Shown: positions 13,253 through 27,746 of the stretch, piece after piece
How positions within the stretch are numbered: the first letter of the stretch is position 1
Layout of the letters: each line of letters starts with the position of its first letter
Program-made: the position numbers and the translations under genes
Notes under the pieces: model-generated
Database searches by the model: none
Told to the model about the DNA's origin: nothing
The model's input: the letters and a program-made list of their open reading frames with translations, nothing else
Origin: Girardia tigrina
Lineage: Eukaryota
DNA length: 58,204 bases
Assembly: GCA_001938485.1 (NCBI GenBank)
Contig: MQRK01239570.1
Span: 10,292-68,495, forward strand
Direction: 5' to 3'

Positions 13253-14659
13253 ATCTAAATAATTTTATATAAATAATTTTTTTTATAATTAAAGAAAAAT
13301 TGTTTTGAAAGAGTTGAAATAAATTGATTTACTATCATATATATTATAATGAAAATTATATTTTTTATAAAATTATATACCCCTCAACAGGTTTTTTCAT
13401 ATGTCATTATTTAAACTGTTCCCAACGACTTGTTGTTCTTATACTGAAACAACAATTTACCGTTTGATATTTTAACAAAATAAACACAAAAGATTCGTTT
13501 ATTGATTATATTCCTATTGAATCTCTCTTTCTACTTCAATAGTGTAATAAATTAGTATATAATTTAAAAGATAAAAAGGATTTTGCAAGCAAAGTTTTTA
13601 ATAATCTGGTTGTTTTCTTTACTTTGACTTATTGACAGAAATCTATCAAAAATAGATACATACAAAATTTCTAAACAGTTTTTTTTCTTAGTTTTTTATG
13701 CATCACTACAACGTTAATTTTTAATTGTAACATGTGTTTTTTGGATAAACTGGACCATAAAACATTTTTTTTGCAGTTATTTATCAAATATTTGCTATAA
13801 TATTCAAGTTTTGACTTCATGCAGGCCATTTTAATGATTCAATATTAGGTTGATCGAAAAATAATGGCTTTTTTGAGCTTTATACTTTGTTAATCTAATT
13901 TGATATTAATATAAGTTTAAATGCATTAGTGTTAGATATTATTTGAAATCTTATGCCTAGCTGTATATTCCTATAGCCATTATTAACATATTGCTGTTAT
14001 TTTTTAGAATATTTACGGTGCTAAATNNNNNNNNNNNNNNNNNNNNNNNNNNNNNNNNNNNNNNNNNNNNNNNNNNNNNNNNNNNNNNNNNNNNNNNNNN
14101 NNNNNNNNNNNNNNNNNNNNNNNNNNNNNNNNNNNNNNNNNNNNNNNNNNNNNNNNNNNNNNNNNNNNNNNNNNNNNNNNNNNNNNNNNNNNNNNNNNNN
14201 NNNNNNNNNNNNNNNNNNNNNNNNNNNNNNNNNNNNNNNNNNNNNNNNNNNNNNNNNNNNNNNNNNNNNNNNNNNNNNNNNNNNNNNNNNNNNNNNNNNN
14301 NNNNNNNNNNNNNNNNNNNNNNNNNNNNNNNNNNNNNNNNNNNNNNNNNNNNNNNNNNNNNNNNNNNNNNNNNNNNNNNNNNNNNNNNNNNNNNNNNNNN
14401 NNNNNNNNNNNNNNNNNNNNNNNNNNNNNNNNNNNNNNNNNNNNNNNNNNNNNNNNNNNNNNNNNNNNNNNNNNNNNNNNNNNNNNNNNNNNNNNNNNNN
14501 NNNNNNNNNNNNNNNNNNNNNNNNNNNNNNNNNNNNNNNNNNNNNNNNNNNNNNNNNNNNNNNNNNNNNNNNNNNNNNNNNNNNNNNNNNNNNNNNNNNN
14601 NNNNNNNNNNNNNNNNNNNNNNNNNNNNNNNNNNNNNNNNNNNNNNNNNNNNNNNNNNN

Positions 14660-14993
14660 AAAAGCTTAATGAGTTGGGCTATGAAACCCTGCTTCATCCA
14701 CCATATTCACCAGACCTCTCGCCAACGGACTTCTACTTTTTCAGGCATTTGTACAACTTCCTACGTGAAGAAATTTTCCAAAACCAAAATGATGCTTAAA
14801 ATGCCTTCCAAGAATTCGTCGCTTCGAGAACCGATGCATTTTATGCTGATGGAATAAAACAACTTGTTTCTCGTTGGCAAAAATGTATTGATGCCAACGG
14901 TTCATACTTTGATTAATAAACTTTTGTTTCTGTGAATTTGCACGTCTTTGAAGTTTGTGTCCCAAAACCGCCATTATTTTTCGACCAACCTAA
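14660..14993 (+). mobile_element. mariner 3' end with TIR
   Basis: LGYETLLHPPYSPDLSPTDFYFF...RWQKCIDANGSYFD* followed by ...TTTTTCGACCAACCTAA-TA. The 5' part lies in the gap. Confidence 0.9.
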
Positions 14994-17900
14994 TATTATT
15001 TTTTTAATAATCTAATTATTTTTTTTAATTTAATGAACTACGTAGTACAGTTAGATATTATATTGTTTTCAGAATATTCATTGTTTAAATAGAAATTTCA
15101 CCTTTCCCACAATCATGAGTCCACCATCACCGACGTTTTCTGCAACACAAAGAACTTGATAACGCCGCGATATTCGACGTCTAAAATCATCGCACTCACG
15201 ACAATTCAAAATCTCACTATAAAAATTTTAACGTATTTCATAAAATAAAACAACGTCTGAAATTAAGATCTTTATTAATTTATTTATTCACACAAAAAAG
15301 CTAAAATTTCCTATTACATTTTTTTACCTTGTCGAGTCCTTATTATTAGTCACTTATTAGACGTACCAGGTAAAATTCAAAATATTTTAGTAACAAATCT
15401 CCAACTTCAATGAGTTTGTTTTCCAATCTCGTTTATCAATTTATTTGTAACGCGAGTAATGCCACATAAACTGTTTTCTTCTCATCTCTTTAAAGCGGAT
15501 TAAAGAACATAGACAATTAGAGAATGGTATTAATAAAATAAAAAATATAAACATGACGTTAGTATATCAGATCTGAAAATAACCGATTTTAAAATAGTGT
15601 GCAGTGATTTTAATTTAATTATTGGAGAGAATTTCTTGTGAGATATTACTGATTAAATCAACTAATGTCCAAACAAGTCTTTCATAGTCTTTCTCGAAAT
15701 GATTGAATAAGTTTCTCTGTTGATTATACCTGAAGAAAGTAGAAAGTTCACCGAAATATATAGTAAAAAATATTTAAAATGTAAATTTTAATTTACCTGA
15801 TATTATTTTTAATTTTATTTAATTACATTACAAATAATTTTAATATTTCAGTTATATTTCACACTCTTTTGTGTGTTATATATTATTGTAATGATGTTAA
15901 TGAGTTGCTTTTGAGGACCAATATAAAGCTTGACTTAAACTGAATTTTATCACGAAAGTTGCCCGTAATCCACTTATTTTATAAAAAATCCGATATCTAT
16001 TACAAGTTATAAATCATGTTTACACATAAATAATTAGGAATCGCACTGAAAAAATATTTTTCGTTTCAAATAACTTTTAAAAATAATTAAAATAAATTAT
16101 TTAAATAATATTCCTGTTTTGCCTTAATAATTAAAACATTGTCCAAATTTATTGTTTACTGTCTGTAACACAATCCTTTTTCTTATTTGTGGTTCTTTCT
16201 CTTTCATTTAATAAATAATGCAAGTTTTGAAAACAATTTTTAATGACTTGAATATACAAAATAAATTTGTATATTTTGTGACATTTATTTGTTCATATAT
16301 TTGATTGCGTGTTTATTTTTTAACTGAAGATAAATTTTAAAATCTGAACAAAACATGGTTTATATGTTTTGAGTTTTGTTATTTGCAAAAGTAAATAATT
16401 CAATAATGATTTAACTTGAATGGACTAAATAATATTCATTTGTAAATTACGTATGTTATGTTATTATTTAAAATAACAGTAATAATATTATTATAAAAAT
16501 AGTTTCAAAGATTGATATTGTTTTTTTTCGGATTCACTTTGTTTTTTTGCTGTTCCCGACGATATGTTAAGTAAATTCAAAACATTTAAAGTAGTTTTTG
16601 ACGTCGTGAGCATAACTACTCGTGAATACTTTCCAGACAATACTTCAATGCAAATTAAAAATCTATAACTGATTCTTCATTTTTGTAGATGTTTCGGTTA
16701 ATGAGAGCTCTAAAAATTTAGGTGGGGTATGTCGAGTTTTATATACCATGAAATATTTTTGAAGTATTTTGAAAAGACTATGTAATTTCGGTTTTGAGAA
16801 GTGTTTTGATGCGTCAAATCGTTTCAAATATTGTGTTAAACTTTGAATGTTGTCGAATATAATTTCAATTTGTATCACATGTCACAGTGTGATCCAGAAA
16901 AGGTTAACTTTTGTTTCGAAACAAGAAGCACAAAAATATATATTATATTTCTATTCATCAAGACTTTTTGTTTATCCAATTTTTTGAAGTTTTTTAGAAA
17001 CAGTTTAGAATTAAATAATACTTTTAATACGCGGATAGATGAGACCAGTCTGTAATAGCTGTCAGAAACTCGATATTGAGCTGCAAAATATTGTTTATGT
17101 TTAAGTATCCATAGGAAAAATAGTTTCAAGATTAATTGTCATCGTACTAAATAATGTTTAGGTGAATTATATTTGACAATTTATAGTATGTTGATGAAGT
17201 ACGTATTTTCATAGAACTTTCGAAATATTAAATTTTCGTAAGTTTTTATTTTCTTTTGTTTCTTAATTTATCAATCACTAATTTATTAAATGATATTTTA
17301 TATATATAATTAAAGTTTTATACAAATGAGATACTTTGTTATTCAAAAATTCAATAAGTTCATTTGAAATACTTCTAATATTAGAAATAATAGAAAACAT
17401 AAGCACAACTGTAAAACCAAGGAAATATAGAAGAACTTGAATACATTACTAGTCAAATAAAAATTATAATTTAAAAATTTGTTGCTTTAATTTTTCTGAG
17501 TAAATGTTTTTTACAAAATGACACAAAATTTACAAGAGTTTCTTCTAGTATTTGAAAACCATATGCAAAATATTTTGTTCAATTTTAATTGTGTTTAATG
17601 ATAATATCGAAATATTATATTAAATATAAATAAATATATAAATATTATATCGAAATAGTATATTAGTTCTCCACGATTTTAAATGAAAATAATCTTATGT
17701 TTTTTATATAAAAATATTGTTTGTGACCCATCAAGTCATTTAAATTTTTTATCCTTTGATAAGAAATATTTCATTTATATATTGTTACGAGAACTCACAC
17801 ATTTATTTAACATTTATTACAATTAAAATTTAGATCATCTTCATGGCAATCCATTAGTAGTGCGTTCAATCATATTGATCGATCTTTGTATTCTTTAAAA

Positions 17901-18599
17901 ATATTTACTACAAATGTGATTGGTTAAAATTAACATTACTATTTATCATTTAAAAATATTAATTTGATTTAATAATTTACAAATTTAAAAATAAAATTAA
18001 TAAAATCATTTAAAATTTACATCCATAATAAATTAAAAATAAATTTAAATATTAAATCTAAATTTGAATAAATTAGTTTCTTATAATAAATTTTAAAATA
18101 TTTATCAACCATCTGAGTAGGAGAGATACAACCCAAAATTATATTTTATATTTTATATTTTATATTATTAATTTAACATTTTCTAAGTTTTTATAATTAT
18201 TAAAGTATTTATTTATTTATAGTTAAATTGATATTATATCTTTTACAATTATGATAAAAATTAAATTGTACACAACGACTTTGATGAAAGAAATTATTTT
18301 TATAAGGGGTGGCAGTGTGAGAACTGAAAGATTAAGTTTTATTTTAAATTCTTGATTTTGCTGTTTTTCAATCTTTTTTCGTATTTAATTTCAAATCTTT
18401 ATTGATCACACTACATAAATTATAATATAAGACATAGTTTTATTGTTTAAAGATAGACAAGAGTAAAAAGTATTATTTGCATTTATACATTTATTTTTAT
18501 TAAAGTGGTAAAAGACGCTTATTTTGAAAAATCATAAAAAAACGGTTTTAAAAATAAATGAATATTATTATTAAAAACAAATAAACGCCATTATAAAAA

Positions 18600-18900
18600 T
18601 ATATTTTATGATAATATGTTTAGACGGTTTAACCGTCATCATCAGATCACTGATTATGTTCTTTTTTATTGCATTTATATAAGAAATGATCAATATAAGA
18701 AATCACTTACGTAAGTCTAATCGAAAACTCTTAACAAATTAGTTGAGAGTGCTGTTTGAACATTGATTTTTGGATGATATGATCTTATCAACAATGCTTC
18801 ACATGACACTCTCTCCCAATAATTCTTAAAATGCTTGCACAAAATCTTAAAATCATTTATGCTCAATATTTCAAATTTTCAAAAATCGTGTTTTATTGTT
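18600..18900 (-). mobile_element. Penelope-like element 3' end (GIY-YIG tail plus pLTR)
   Basis: DFKILCKHFKNYWERVSCEALLIRSYHPKINVQ followed by a hammerhead-like motif. Homologous to 26863-27060. Confidence 0.7.
18609..18650 (-). ncRNA. Degenerate minimal type I hammerhead ribozyme (copy A)
   Basis: GTGAT-CTGATGA-T-GACGG-TTAAA-CCGTC-TAAA-CATATT-ATCA. Stem I TGAT/ATCA and stem II GACGG/CCGTC are intact. GAAA is mutated to TAAA. Confidence 0.7.
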
Positions 18901-18930
18901 CTTTTAATAATCGATGGATGAAATTTACAA

Positions 18931-19410
18931 TGGTGTCAGAACTGCTTCGCTCGATTGCAACAAAGTCTCTACGAAACTGCCGCAATACTTCAATGCGGCG
19001 GACATGTGATTTTGACAAGTCTAGGTCGTTTTCAAATTGTCCAAGATCTCCAGCGAGACGACGAAATTCCTTAACGTCACTGCCAGCCTTCCACCAACCA
19101 TTCTCATGGAGTTTCAAGAATACTTCAATACCGAATCGGTAACACCTTTCACGGATCTCCAAAAAGCAATAATCCGGAGTCACAGACAACCATCATCAGT
19201 TCACTTTGAGGCGCTTTTCTCCGCTAACGGCATGGGCAACCGACGTCTGCCGGAGCACCTAAGGATTCTACAGTGTCATCGTGCTCAACTCGGACTGACT
19301 TCCGAGGACGATCAAATTCTACGGAACGCTTTCCCGTGGGAACTTCCGATTGATATCCAGAAACACCTCATGGATAATGGGAACCAAAACTCACTCGCGG
19401 ATGATCTACT
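18931..19410 (+). mobile_element. Gypsy-type gag remnant
   Basis: KLPQYF...FKLSKISSETTKFLNVTASLPP...PFTDLQKAII...MGNRRLPEHLR resembles the LPPFW...WFxQVE...TKF...LGDRKPSQLL gag family. A PBS-like TGGTGTCAGAA sits at 18931. Confidence 0.7.
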
Positions 19411-22349
19411 CAGGGTTAAACTACCCAACTGTATATTATTATTATTTTATTTACCTCATTTATCAAAATGAATGAAATCATTAAATTTTCAAAACGGTCA
19501 TAAGTTAATAAGTAATGAATTCAAATTGAGCTAGAAGTTTTGATAATAATTGTTCACTATTCGTAATTGACGTAAAAAAGCACTTCTTCATGTGTTCAAA
19601 TAGATTAAGGTATGATGTCAAAAATATTTGGATTAAAATATTTTTTTAAATATCTAAAATAATTTAACTTGAAAATAATAAAATATAATATAATTTGATT
19701 GTAGTTAAAGAATTATTAGGTATAAATTTTAACTAGATTTTATATTCCGATGAACTTTAAAATTTATAAAAGGAAAATGTGGAATTATAAACTATAAACT
19801 TGACCTTTTACTTGAGTAAAGTTATATTATAAAAGAAGATCCGAAGAACTGATTCATTCAAAGCTACTGTCATAAACATTATAATTTTCGATTTTTAGAA
19901 TAACTTATGGTGTATTTGCTTATCTTGAAAGTTACTTTGGTTTTAATCATAATATTATACTATTTGTTTATAATACAGAAACACTGAAACCAATAATATA
20001 TTGATAATTTTGTTCATGTATCCTTTATCATATTCTGATAGCTTCATAATTTTTCTTTGATAATACACTTAGTTTTTTCAATGAAAAAAAAGATTTATCA
20101 ATCCTTGATATTTAGATCACATAAATTTAATGACCTTCCTTTAACAAAACTCATCGCCGTCTGCAATTTACTTTTGAAACGCAATAAGAACGATTTTTTA
20201 CGAAAATTTATTATGTTAATGATAAATAGATAAAATACAAAAGATTATTGACTAATTTAGTTTGATTTGCCTGGAACAATCGTTTTCTATAAACTGGTCT
20301 ATCAAATCACAATATTTTGAATTTAAAAAATTCTTTGTTATCTTCAAATTTTAAATAACACGAATAATTAATAAGAAATATTATAACGCTAGTATGTACT
20401 GTGAGAAATGACGCCTAACCATACGTTTAAAAGGACTCAAAATGTATGTCAGTTATTAGGTGTACAAGTATGAAATGCGGATTTCAGAAAACGGATTGTG
20501 CACAATGCAAAAAGTAGGTCAATGGTTAGGCAATGGTGTCATAATATTGAGTAATTATGTAGTGTCTCATACGTAACTCGATACGTAAATTGATAAAGCG
20601 TTTTAATAATTGTTGTATTTCTGTGTTTTAGATGTCCAAATTTATGCCAAGCAGGGAGCATTCGCGGACGGTACTAATTTTTTGTTACCATCTAAAGAAA
20701 ACNNNNNNNNNNNNNNNNNNNNNNNNNNNNNNNNNNNNNNNNNNNNNNNNNNNNNNNNNNNNNNNNNNNNNNNNNNNNNNNNNNNNNNNNNNNNNNNNNN
20801 NNNNNNNNNNNNNNNNNNNNNNNNNNNNNNNNNNNNNNNNNNNNNNNNNNNNNNNNNNNNNNNNNNNNNNNNNNNNNNNNNNNNNNNNNNNNNNNNNNNN
20901 NNNNNNNNNNNNNNNNNNNNNNNNNNNNNNNNNNNNNNNNNNNNNNNNNNNNNNNNNNNNNNNNNNNNNNNNNNNNNNNNNNNNNNNNNNNNNNNNNNNN
21001 NNNNNNNNNNNNNNNNNNNNNNNNNNNNNNNNNNNNNNNNNNNNNNNNNNNNNNNNNNNNNNNNNNNNNNNNNNNNNNNNNNNNNNNNNNNNNNNNNNNN
21101 NNNNNNNNNNNNNNNNNNNNNNNNNNNNNNNNNNNNNNNNNNNNNNNNNNNNNNNNNNNNNNNNNNNNNNNNNNNNNNNNNNNNNNNNNNNNNNNNNNNN
21201 NNNNNNNNNNNNNNNNNNNNNNNNNNNNNNNNNNNNNNNNNNNNNNNNNNNNNNNNNNNNNNNNNNNNNNNNNNNNNNNNNNNNNNNNNNNNNNNNNNNN
21301 NNNNNNNNNNNNNNNNNNNNNNNNNNNNNNNNNNNNNNNNNNNNNNNNNNNNNNNNNNNNNNNNNNNNNNNNNNNNNNNNNNNNNNNNNNNNNNNNNNNN
21401 NNNNNNNNNNNNNNNNNNNNNNNNNNNNNNNNNNNNNNNNNNNNNNNNNNNNNNNNNNNNNNNCAAATGTATCATTAGTAATGGAGCATATTTTGAATAA
21501 AGCTTTTTTTATCGTTCTTTTGTTTTTAACGTATTTCTTTTCAAAATTTAATCCGCATTTCATACTTGTACACCTAATCAAATAGAGAGAACTTTCAGGC
21601 ACCTTCTTAACTTTTTTCGTTACCTTTGGAATTTTAACATTAATCTTTTAACAACTATATTTCCAATAACTTTTTAGATACTTTTCACATTTTTAAAATC
21701 GTTTTTTAATTTTTTGATAAAACAGTTTTTTTCACAATGAATAGTTTTATTCCTAAAGAATCAAATTTACAATAAATAGTTTGTACGACCCTGAAAAAAA
21801 TATATTTAATATTTTTAATATTTAAAAAAATATTTTTGTCGTTTAAAATGCTTATTTTAACTATCTAAAAACATTATTATAAATATAATTGATAATTTTA
21901 AAAAATAATTATATAATGAAATAATTTGGAAAATAATGAGGCAATAAATCATTATTTTTTCTGTAAAAGGAGTGTTTATATAAATATAATTGTCATTATT
22001 TTAAGAACTTACTCTGTCATCCATTACATTAAAATCGTTTGTCGAAATCTGTCAAAAATGTTTGATTTAACCAGGGTAAAAAATAAACCTCTAGAGGTAA
22101 TCATCAGTCAAACGAAAAAATACATTTATACTTCTATTTTCGAGAAACAAAGTCAAACTAAAGTGATTGGATTTTCCAAACTTTGATTGAACAATATTTA
22201 CTTCATTTTTTAATTATTCATTTTATATTTATATTATAATTTGAAACTAATTATAGTGTAGTTTCTATTATAATTTATAATCTAGGACAAAATGTACTAT
22301 TGAAATTGTGTAAGCAAGAATTAATAAAATTAAATCAATATTAATATTA

Positions 22350-24020
22350 CCGTATTTATCGGACTATAAACCGCGGCTTACATGAAAAAAAAGTATGAAA
22401 ATTAAAAGCAATTGGTTAGACTTATACGCGTGTGCAACTTATATAAAAATAAAAAAAACATCAATATATAAAAACAAATCCAATAATTTTATTTTAAGAT
22501 TATTCGATTTCCTCGAATCCATTAAAATCTTCATCATCTATTATTTCAAATGTTTCGAAAATGTGCAAAAATTCCGTTTGGATTTCCTGTAAATCTTTAT
22601 CCTTACTTCCAGTTTCAATTTCTGAATCATCATCACCTTCGATATTTTCATCATAAGTTTGAATCCCTGCCTTCTTAAATCCATTTTTAATACACTGTGG
22701 TGTAACATCTTCCCAGCTTTTAACAATCCAATCGCATATTTCTGAATATGTCGCTCTTTTGATTTTCCCAGTTTTGTTGTAAATGTGACAACCATTGATA
22801 ATCCAATTTTCAAAATGTATCTTTAGCTGAGATTTGAACGATTTGTTAACTGATAGATCAAGTGGTTGAAGGCTTTTAGTGAGGCCACCAGAGATCACAG
22901 CAAGTTCAGAATAATTTTTGACTTCAATTTTTAACTTCCTCAGTAAGATGACATCTAGCAGAATCGTATATTAAAAGTGATTTTGGCTTAAAAAAGGAAT
23001 CATTTCTTTTTATCCAATTTTTTTGTATCCATTTTTTATTATTTCACTATTTGACCATCCATTTTTATTGATTTCAACAATAATTCCTTTTGGAAAATTT
23101 TCTTTGGGCATTGTTAGTCTTTTAAATATCACCATTGGTTTTACATTTTTTCCATCGGCAGATACAGTTAATATAACTGTAAAATTATATTTTTCATTTC
23201 CGGTTGTTTTGATCAGAATATCTTTTTTTCCTTTTTCATCAACTGTCCTTGTATCCGGAATATCGAAACTTACAGAAACTTCATCCATATTCTCAAGATG
23301 CTTCAAGTCGATATCTCTCTTTTTATCTTTAATAAAAAGTAAAAATGATTCTTTTTTTCTTCCCAATCAGCTGGCAACGATTGTCGGACTGAAGTTACTG
23401 CTCTCATGCTTAAATTATTTCTTTTCATAAATCTTGTGCACCAACCATTCGTTCCTTTAAAATTTTCTATATTAAAATCATATTTTCCATTTTTTTCGCT
23501 GTTAATCTAATATCAATTGTAGAAACTTTAAACCATTTCTCTCTTTTCTCAATTACATACTTTTTAATTGTCTTTTCTAAATCGGGCCAAGTGCAAATCC
23601 CCCTCATTTTGCTTTCTTTTTTTTCGGCATTACGTTTAAAAGATTTTTCGATTTTCTCCAATCCCGAATGTTTTTTTATTTATATTGAATTCTCTTTCTG
23701 CTTCTCTGTTACCATGTCTTTCAGCATAAGCAATAATTTCCAATTTTCTTTCGACCGTAAACGATCTTCTTGTTTTCTCTCTTTTCTCAATTACATACTT
23801 TTTAATTGTCTTTTCTAAATCGGGCCAAGTGCAAATCCCCCTCTTTTTGCTTTCTTTTTTTTCGGCATTACGTTTAAAAGATTTTTCGATTTTCTCCAAT
23901 CCCGAATGTTTTTTTATTTATATTGAATTCTCTTTCTGCTTCTCTGTTACCATGTCTTTCAGCATAAGCAATAATTTCCAATTTTCTTTCGACCGTAAAC
24001 GATCTTCTTGTTTTCTTCAT
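22350..24020 (-). mobile_element. pogo/Tigger-like transposon, pseudogenised (Brinker DBD, CENPB-HTH, DDE_1)
   Basis: TA|CCGTATTTATCGGACTATAA TIR. MKKTRRSFTVERKLEII..., NMDEVSVSFD and GGLTKSLQPLDLSVNKSFK motifs, with frameshifts. The far TIR is uncertain (possibly near 25505). Confidence 0.9.
23538..24016. repeat. Near-perfect 238-bp tandem duplication in the pogo 5' coding region
   Basis: The ORFs at 23591 and 23829 are offset by 238 nt. I saw only one difference (CCCTCATTTT vs CCCTCTTTTT). Confidence 0.9.
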
Positions 24021-26862
24021 TTTAACGTGGAATTTAAATTCAAATTATTTTAATAAAACAAAAATAATTAAAGTCAAAATTAAAATAATATTAATTTAAA
24101 TTTAATGATTTCTTCAATAAGAAAAATTCAAAAAATATTCCTTTTCAAGCGACCCTTATTTTTCCCTTGCTTTTGTGTCAAGAGTTAATTTGACAGATTT
24201 TGAATCATATTTTCTTTTACAAAACATTGAATTTGAAAAAAGAAGACGTTCATATTTATTCTGCTATTGAGTATTCCGAAAATTTTGGATTCTAAATTTT
24301 TTCCAAAACTTCTTTAACATTTTGTTGACTTTTTTACTTATTATTTTATAATTAGCTTTTTGCTTAAGAAAAAAACGTTGGACACTATACATATTTTAGG
24401 AGTCAGTTTTTCTACAAAAGATTTTTTAATTCTTACTATTTCTCAGGTATCGCAATTTAAAAAAAACAATTGAATTTGATGTTTTATATATTTATTGATC
24501 CTTCGGTTGTGATCACATTTTTCAGTTTTTTATTATTTTATTTTTATGAACTTACTAGCCTACGGTTCCTTTGAGAAGAAACTACGCAAATTTATTCTAT
24601 CTGTGAAAAGATATTCAATTACAAAAAAATGAAATTTTCAAGTGAAGAAGTGCAGCATGCACATGACATATTTTATTCTTCATTTATCTGATCTTGGTAT
24701 GTCTTACCTAGACTCTTATGCTCAAATACATACTATACAAATGATAAAAGTAACTTAAGTCAAAAATTATTTTATGACCATATTTATAACCATATTTAAT
24801 CCCCAGGAAAAACCTTTTTTTAAATATGATAATAAATATTAACATTAATCGTTGTTTTTCTGATTTGAATTTATTTGGTCTAAACTAAAATTATGAATGT
24901 TTCAATTTCCACAAAAAAATTATGAATAGTTGGAAAGAATCGTTTGTCGATTAAATGGTCATAAAATAAATGTGCTAATTGAATACACCAGTTGCGGGTC
25001 AGGAACCTCAATATGTACATAATATTTTGATTTATTATTTTCTCTGTTTCTGATAATAACAGAAATGAAATTAAATTTATTCTTTACAAGAAATAGTTAC
25101 TGAAAATAAATATAATTAATATTAATTTAATAAATTAATATTAATGAATTAATATTAATTAAAATAAGGTAAAACCGCAAATAGACTTATGCAGTTTCAT
25201 GTGCGTAACGCTCAAAGTTTGCTGTAATCAAATATTTTTCTTGCTTTTACATGGCTTAATTTTTGAATTTTTTAATCAATGCATAATAACTCGGACTAAT
25301 ATGAAATTACGCCAAAAATAAGCAGCGTCTTATTTGCTGCACTTCATAAGAAATTGCAGACTTTTAAAATAGTATCTAAGACATGCATATAAAATATATT
25401 TATTTTAGAATAATTTTGATTTTAAAATTAAAACAGAAACTTTCAAAGAAGAAAATTCAGCTCTTTCTTCATATAGGACGGGTCTTTTTCTAGTCCAAAT
25501 ATAAAGCCTTAAATAAATGAAAATGAACATAATTCATTTATATATTTGTTGTTTTTGTCATTTAATCGACTGCATTTTTTAAATTTTAATATTTTACATA
25601 TTTTTTACTACAAATTAATTTTTAATTACTTTTATAAAATCACAAATTTAAGAATTTTAGTAATAAAATTTAAAGCTTGAAAAATCTTTCTTTTTTTAAA
25701 GGAAAATTCCTCGGATGTTGTTTCCTTTCCAATCCTTTTAAATTGCGGAATAAAACAAAAATTCAGCTTTTTACATTTTATAAATTATTTTCATCTTTAT
25801 ACGAAACTAGTAAGNNNNNNNNNNNNNNNNNNNNNNNNNNNNNNNNNNNNNNNNNNNNNNNNNNNNNNNNNNNNNNNNNNNNNNNNNNNNNNNNNNNNNN
25901 NNNNNNNNNNNNNNNNNNNNNNNNNNNNNNNNNNNNNNNNNNNNNNNNNNTATAAATCTTGTTAAATGTGAAATAAGATATAAATGAGGGTAATATTATA
26001 ACAAGATTTGTATTATTATTGAAAGATTGCTGAAAACCTTCGATCTCATTATTCAATATTCATTAATACTAAAAAATTAATTTATATAAATGTCACAATA
26101 AATAAAATGTGAGACAGATATGACAAAAAATATATTAATAAAAATGTTTGTTTAATCGTGTTTGTCTATCGAACTTGATTTTTTCGTTTTTATCAAAGGA
26201 GTTTAAAAATATATTTAGACATTGTTTTTAATTTACAAGATCTAATTTCAATTTTGTCAAAAGAATGGTTCTTCTACACTTGTTAGAGTCGGCTTGAAGA
26301 CGTTTTCCTATTTGGTAATACAATCTGTTTGAGTCGATTTTATTTGTCTTTCTATTCGAATTTTATAAAATTTATTTTTTCCAGGCATTGTATATTTCTG
26401 TTAATTTTATATAATTTTTATCAGTTTCTTAGAATTTTAAACTCATTGTAAAAAGTCTAATAATACGTGTTTTACAATACAATTATTTATTAACTTAATA
26501 GCACATGTACCTTAACTAATTAAAAATTCTAGGAATAGTTTATTTTTAGATCTACTTACTCATTTTAATATTTCATTATTAATTTATTAATATTTATTTA
26601 TTATTTTATGTGGTTTTATTTTTTATTATTATTATTAATTATTTTTTAACTATAAATTTTTCTAAAGTTACAATAAAATTAAGATTATCTCAACGACGTC
26701 TATATAAATACTCATTAAAATGTATGTAACTACCTAGTGGGTCCAATAAGTAGCCGATCTGATGCAGAAGGCATTTTCAGGAAAACTTAACTTTTTTAAC
26801 AAAAAAAGACGAACATGAATAATTATGAATAACAAAATTCATCCATTAAAAAATATATTTAT

Positions 26863-26904
26863 TGACAATATATTTCAATGGATCAATCGTCATTTTCAGG
26901 TCAC
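26863..26904 (-). ncRNA. Degenerate minimal hammerhead ribozyme (copy B)
   Basis: GTGAC-CTGAAAA-T-GACGA-TTGAT-CCATT-GAAA-TATATT-GTCA-ATAAA. Stem I TGAC/GTCA and palindromic stem III ATATAT are present. The core and stem II are mutated. Confidence 0.6.
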
Positions 26905-27746
26905 TGATCAATAATTAATTCACCAGTATATAAAAACAAAATGATGATTATTATTGCATGAAATCACGCTAATCAAAAATTCTAAATAAGGTGGTTGAGA
27001 CTGCCGATTGAACATTGATTTTAGGACAACGTGACCTTATTGATTGTTTTAAATTAATCAATTTCTTATTCTGTGCAGCAAATTTACTTTAATGTAAGTT
27101 ATTAGAATAAATGATAGCCTTGATAACACATAAAAATACAAAAATCACCACCTGCATCAAATAACATGAATCGAATTATTATCAGCGTCTTCACAATGTA
27201 GTTTCTCGATCAGTCTTCTAAGCATCTTTTTGTGAATCTTTTTTGTGAATATCTTTGTTATTCTCATCCGGATTTGAGTTGACCATTAATCATTATCCTA
27301 ATGCACTCAATTATTTTAGAAGATATATGAAAATATTCAATTCATTGAGAAGAAAAGAAATGGATATCTGTTTCCTGGAAACATGCATTGAGAAGATAAT
27401 TCCAAGTTTTATTTTCAAATCAAAGCTCCATGAATGCCTACATAGTGAAGATATCAGAATGATCCACAAAAGGATGCTTAGAAGACCGATCGACAAAGAA
27501 AAAAGAGCGAGAAACGATATTGTAAAGGCGCTGACAATAATTCAAATCGCGCTAAATGATGTAGGTGGGCATCTTTGTTTTCATTTGTGTGTTATCATTG
27601 CTATTATTAATTCTAATAAATTAAATCAATGTTCAATCGTCAGTCTCAACCAGCTGTTTTAGAATTTTTGATTAGCATGATTTCATGCAATCGATTACAA
27701 AATCATATTTTTTTTATTTATATACAGGTGAATTAATTATTGATCA

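Noticed and set aside
13740-17150. Further Tc1/mariner traces (about 13800, 15150 and 16600-17150; also about 7600, 26300 and 35600-35950)
   Set aside because: Only isolated degenerate motifs. Boundaries cannot be supported.
13957-21602. Long ORFs containing X runs (also at 25677 and 40763)
   Set aside because: Artefacts of N gaps.
22058-22115. CTGATGA on the minus strand with a possible stem I (GTTTGA/TCAAAC)
   Set aside because: No correctly placed GAAA or stem III, so it is not called a hammerhead.
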